The notes beneath the pieces are model-generated. The model made no database searches and was not told where the DNA came from. It saw only the letters and a program-made list of their open reading frames with translations. From positions 1 through 11,600 of the forward strand of contig CBDBIJ010000139.1 of NCBI GenBank assembly GCA_965205655.1: a stretch of 11,600 nt of DNA, read 5' to 3'. The translations under genes and the position numbers were made by a program. Positions 8,377 through 11,600 of this stretch are shown piece after piece. Source of the DNA: Candidatus Latescibacterota bacterium (GTDB lineage Bacteria; Latescibacterota; UBA2968; UBA8231). The stretch's first letter is position 1. The number at the start of each line of letters is the position of its first letter.

Positions 8377-8574
8377 CTCTGAGCTCCGCCTGACTGTTCG
8401 GGTGACGCGGAGGGCCCCCGGACTGTTGTGGACCCGCCCTACATCCATAGAGATCGGCAGATCCGCAGATTTCGACAGCACTTTCTTCGACTTTTCGCCC
8501 GCCAATTGCTTGACCACCAGCCCAAAAAGCCGTCCTTATTCTTGCCGATTCCACTGGAGACAAGCAGAAGACCC

Positions 8575-9414
8575 GTGCTGTTCAATCACAAATACCTGAC
8601 GATCAAGCGGTTCGGCGAAAGTCTGGAGTCCGACTACAGGGACGCCTACGGCGAGGTGCAGCCCGACTACAGCGGGTTTGTCAACTGGGTTGGGCGCCTC
8701 GCGCTCGAGAACATCGGCAACTCGGACATGCTCTACCACGATGTCGAGCACACCATGCTCGTGACCGCCGTAGGTCAGCAGATCCTCATCGGCAAACATC
8801 TCACCGAAGGCGGCGTATCACCGCGGGATTGGGCCCACTTCATCACCGCGCTTCTGTGCCACGACATCGGCTACGTACGCGGCGTCTGCCGGGGTGACGA
8901 CTCGGGGATCTGCGCCACGGGCGTGGACGGCAAGACCATCAAACTTCCATCGGGTGCCACTGATGCATGCCTGACTCCCCACCATGTAGATCGCGGCAAG
9001 CACTTTGTCAGAGAGCGCTTCGGGGGCCAGCTGTTGCTGGACATCGACCCGGAACTGCTGGCATCCTATATAGAAATGACCCGGTTTCCACCCTCGGACG
9101 ACCCGACATACAAGGAAACGGCGAGTTACGGAGCGCTGCTGCGGGCGGCGGATTTCATCGGACAGCTCGGCGACCCCGACTACCTGCGCAAAATTCCGGC
9201 CTTGTTCTACGAGTTCGAGCAGGTCGGAACCAACGCCGAAATCGGCTACAAGTCCCCGGAGGATATGCGCAGCGGCTTTGCGAGATTTTTCTGGGACGAG
9301 GTGAGCCCCTACATCCAGGATGCCACCAGATATCTGCAGGTGACGCGTGACGGCAGGCAGTGGCTGGCCAACCTCCATTCGCATGTTTTTCGGGTCGAGC
9401 ACAGCGACAATTGA
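8575..9414 (+). CDS. HD-domain metal-dependent phosphohydrolase (resembles the Npun_R2479-like family), about 279 aa
   Basis: ALENIGNSDMLYHDVEHTMLVT, LLCHDIGYVRGVC (HD), LTPHHVDRGK, TRFP, LRAADFIGQLGDPDYLRKIPALFYEF and GRQWLANLHSHVF. The GTG at 8575 (MLFN...) matches the N-terminus recalled for this family; the start is inferred. Confidence 0.88.
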   Translation: MLFNHKYLTIKRFGESLESDYRDAYGEVQPDYSGFVNWVGRLALENIGNSDMLYHDVEHTMLVTAVGQQILIGKHLTEGGVSPRDWAHFITALLCHDIGYVRGVCRGDDSGICATGVDGKTIKLPSGATDACLTPHHVDRGKHFVRERFGGQLLLDIDPELLASYIEMTRFPPSDDPTYKETASYGALLRAADFIGQLGDPDYLRKIPALFYEFEQVGTNAEIGYKSPEDMRSGFARFFWDEVSPYIQDATRYLQVTRDGRQWLANLHSHVFRVEHSDN

Positions 9415-9456
9415 GCACCTGCACTAACTCAATCTCCTGCTGTTCGCAGTGATCTC

Positions 9457-10578
9457 ATGAATCTAGATCGAATTGATGTCTACTACGTGGTCATGCCGCT
9501 CATCTACCCGTGGCGAACCGCCTACGGCGAAGATGCCGACATACATTCAGTTCTGGTGAAGGCAACGAGCGGCGAGCACGAAGCCTGGTCGGAGAGCACT
9601 CCCTTTTTCGCTCCCACCTACATGCCCGAGAGCGCGGGATCCGTGTTCTATCACGTCACCGAAGTCTTCGGGCCCCACATCGTCGGACGGGAGTACGAGA
9701 GCGCCGAGGAGTTGAACGCGCGCCTCGACGTCTTCAAGGGAAACAGCTTCGCCAAAGCCGCGATCGAGATCTGCTGGTGGACGCTGCAGAGTCGCATCAC
9801 CGGTACGCCGCTGCACAAGCTCCTGGGCGGTCAGACCCGCGATGTCGTCGCCGGCGCCGACTTCGGCATCCAGGATTCCTTCGACATGTTACTCGGAAAT
9901 ATTCAGAAGGCCGTCGATGCCGGCTTCCCGCGCATCAAGCTAAAAGTGGCGAAGGGCTGGGACCTGGATATGCTCAAAGTCGTCACGAAGACCTTCCCCG
10001 ATATGACTTTTCACATAGACTGCAACTCTGGCTACAGCCTGGATGACCTGCCGTTCTTCAAATCCATAGACGGCATGGGGCTGGCGTTTCTCGAGCAACC
10101 GCTCTACTACACCGACATCCTCGACCACGCCGAGCTCGCAAAGCAGATCGATACCCCCATCTGCCTCGACGAAACCATCGTCAACGTGCGCGCCGCCGAG
10201 CAAGCTATCCGGGTCGGCGCCTGCAGGTACATCAACATCAAACCCGGGAGAATCGGCGGCCTGTCGAACGCCCTTGCCGTCCACGACATGGCCAGAGACG
10301 CTGGGATACCGGTGTGGGTCGGAGGCATGCTGGAGAGTGCTGTGGGAGCGGCGATCTGCGTGGAACTGGCGACGCTGGAAAACTTCACCTACCCGGGAGA
10401 CCTGTTCCCCTCGTCGCGGTTCTACACCCGCGACCTGGCCGACCCGCCGCTGGAGTTCAGCTCCGGGAATGTGTTCCGGCCTTTTGAGGACGCGCTCCCG
10501 GCGCCCGAACCCGGGCTGCTCGAAAAGCAGACCCTGCGCCATCGGTCAGTCGTCCCGGCCAAAGCCGGTGTACCTTGA
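9457..10578 (+). CDS. Enolase superfamily, MLE subgroup, NSAR/OSBS subfamily (N-acylamino acid racemase / o-succinylbenzoate synthase-like), 373 aa; actual substrate uncertain
   Basis: K161-x-K163 (RIKLKV); metal ligands D188 (IDCN), E213 (EQP) and D238 (CLDET); second base K262 with R265 (NIKPGRIGG); WVGGMLES; YPGD; 20s loop PWRTAYG. Confidence 0.93.
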   Translation: MNLDRIDVYYVVMPLIYPWRTAYGEDADIHSVLVKATSGEHEAWSESTPFFAPTYMPESAGSVFYHVTEVFGPHIVGREYESAEELNARLDVFKGNSFAKAAIEICWWTLQSRITGTPLHKLLGGQTRDVVAGADFGIQDSFDMLLGNIQKAVDAGFPRIKLKVAKGWDLDMLKVVTKTFPDMTFHIDCNSGYSLDDLPFFKSIDGMGLAFLEQPLYYTDILDHAELAKQIDTPICLDETIVNVRAAEQAIRVGACRYINIKPGRIGGLSNALAVHDMARDAGIPVWVGGMLESAVGAAICVELATLENFTYPGDLFPSSRFYTRDLADPPLEFSSGNVFRPFEDALPAPEPGLLEKQTLRHRSVVPAKAGVP

Positions 10579-10633
10579 TGCAACAACTCCAACGCTCAGA
10601 TACACCCTCCGCGGATCAGCTGCCCGGCTTCTG

Positions 10634-11599
10634 TCACTCGCTCTCCATTATGCGTTGGTAGATCTCCGAAGCTCTAAGCACCTGCTCGCATTCGACCCAT
10701 TCCACGGCCCCGTGAGCCTGATCGATGCTTCCCGGACCCAGCACGACCGCGGGGACGCCGCGATCTGAGAAGGGGCCGGCGTCAGTGCCGTAGGGCACGC
10801 CCGCGATAACAGCGTCGCCGAGGACTCCACGACAGGCCGCGGCGGCAATCTTCACGATAGAGGCATCCTCTTCTGTGCCCATGGCGGCACAGGCAAAAGA
10901 AGGCGCTGCCATCGCGACATCGAGTTCGTCATCCTCGGCCCTCGCCCTGGCCAGTATCTCCTCGAAGGCCCCGATAACTTCCTCTATTGTTTCACTCGGC
11001 AGAATACGATTGTCCACCGCTACCTGACAGCTGTCGGGAACGAAATTCACCTGAGCGCCTCCCTGGATGGTGCCGATGTTCATGGTCGGGGCGCCCAAGA
11101 GTGGATCGCTCTTGCCCGCGTGAGCCGCCCCCATCTCCTCCTCGATGCGGACGATGAGCCGCGCCATCTTGGAGATGGCATTGACGCCGAGATCGGGCTT
11201 GGAGCTGTGGGCTGCCTTGCCTTTGACGACGATGTCAAAGCGGACGATCCCTTTGTGCGCCCGTATCACTTCGAGATCGGTCGGCTCGGCGATTACGGCG
11301 GCGGCGACTTCGACGTGCTGTGCCATGTGCCGCGAGCCGCGCATCAGGTATTCCTCATCCATGGCGCCCGCGTATAGTACGGTCTGCGGCGGCCTGACCC
11401 CGGCGTCCTTCAGGCGCTTCATGGCGTGCATCATCGCCACGCCCCCGGCTTTCGTGTCGCAGGACCCGCGCCCGTAGAGCATTCCGTCCCGAATGTGCGG
11501 CTCGAAAGGAGGGATCGTCATCACCTCGACTGAAGCCGTATCCATGTGGCATTCGAACAGAATCGCGCGGCTTGGATCCTCTCCTTCGAGAGTGGCGAT
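10634..11599 (-). CDS. M20 family metallopeptidase, ArgE/DapE-like deacylase; 5' end lies outside the window
   Basis: The frame is open to the window edge: IATLEGEDPSRAILFECHMDT (HxD). Further motifs LYGRGSCDTKAG, MDEE, IAEPT, AHKG, GKAAHSSKPDLGVNAI, GGAQVNFVPD, YGTDA and GPGSIDQAH..EWV. Stop at 10634-10636. Confidence 0.95.
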   Translation of the reverse strand: MATLEGEDPSRAILFECHMDTASVEVMTIPPFEPHIRDGMLYGRGSCDTKAGGVAMMHAMKRLKDAGVRPPQTVLYAGAMDEEYLMRGSRHMAQHVEVAAAVIAEPTDLEVIRAHKGIVRFDIVVKGKAAHSSKPDLGVNAISKMARLIVRIEEEMGAAHAGKSDPLLGAPTMNIGTIQGGAQVNFVPDSCQVAVDNRILPSETIEEVIGAFEEILARARAEDDELDVAMAAPSFACAAMGTEEDASIVKIAAAACRGVLGDAVIAGVPYGTDAGPFSDRGVPAVVLGPGSIDQAHGAVEWVECEQVLRASEIYQRIMESE

Positions 11600-11600
11600 A

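Noticed and set aside
8510..8542. Sigma70 promoter TTGACC...TATTCT
   Set aside because: The spacer is 21 nt, too long for a canonical sigma70 promoter.
8377..8574. ORF-track N-terminal extensions (8517 for the small gene, 8428 for the HD gene; likewise 686, 1993 and 5325 elsewhere)
   Set aside because: They would overlap neighbouring genes and precede the family-typical N-termini or SD-supported starts.
7681..8599. + strand ORFs 7681-8238 and 8129-8599 as the gene in this gap
   Set aside because: Ser/Arg-rich low-plausibility translations; the - strand 112-aa ORF has an RBS, a coherent architecture and a matching terminator.
8818..10542. Shadow ORFs 8818-9402, 9510-10046 and 9940-10542
   Set aside because: Fully nested in the HD or racemase-like genes with no independent coding signal.
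9457..10578. Calling this gene menC (menaquinone biosynthesis)
   Set aside because: No men genes nearby and the putative succinyl-binding residues are altered; only the subfamily assignment is supported.
1..10578. Non-phosphorylative sugar pathway (SDR + COG3618 lactonase + enolase-family acid-sugar dehydratase, as for L-fucose)
   Set aside because: The enolase-family protein has the Lys/Lys MLE-subgroup active site, not the His-Asp dyad of mandelate-racemase-subgroup dehydratases. SDR plus lactonase alone is insufficient.
10634..11599. L-N-carbamoylase (HyuC/AmaB)
   Set aside because: Motifs are ArgE/DapE-type (GRGSCDTK, EPT), not GSHxD..GG.xDG / ELHIEQG.
1..11600. CRISPR array, tRNA/rRNA, transposase/integrase, defence or toxin genes
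   Set aside because: No regularly spaced repeats, RNA-gene signatures or matching protein motifs were seen, and the non-coding space is too small.

Overview
GC-rich bacterial chromosomal segment, almost fully coding, with no RNA gene, mobile element or CRISPR array detected. A tightly packed + strand run (1-7966) encodes an SDR (5' truncated), an M29 aminopeptidase, a COG4091-type NAD(P) oxidoreductase with a SAF domain, a two-subunit hydantoinase/oxoprolinase (A+B) and a COG3618-like amidohydrolase. A divergent pair follows: a 112-aa membrane-anchored coiled-coil orphan (- strand, with an intrinsic terminator) and an HD-domain phosphohydrolase (+). The window ends with an enolase-superfamily NSAR/OSBS-type enzyme (+) converging on an ArgE/DapE-like M20 deacylase (-, 5' truncated). 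The strongest lead is the NSAR/OSBS homologue. It keeps all catalytic residues, but by manual comparison with the recalled Amycolatopsis sequence its succinyl-binding pocket looks charge-reversed (S135->D, R299->A). Together with the surrounding amide/lactam hydrolases, this suggests an uncharacterised pathway for racemising and recycling modified amino acids or peptides. All family calls come from motif recognition, not database searches.
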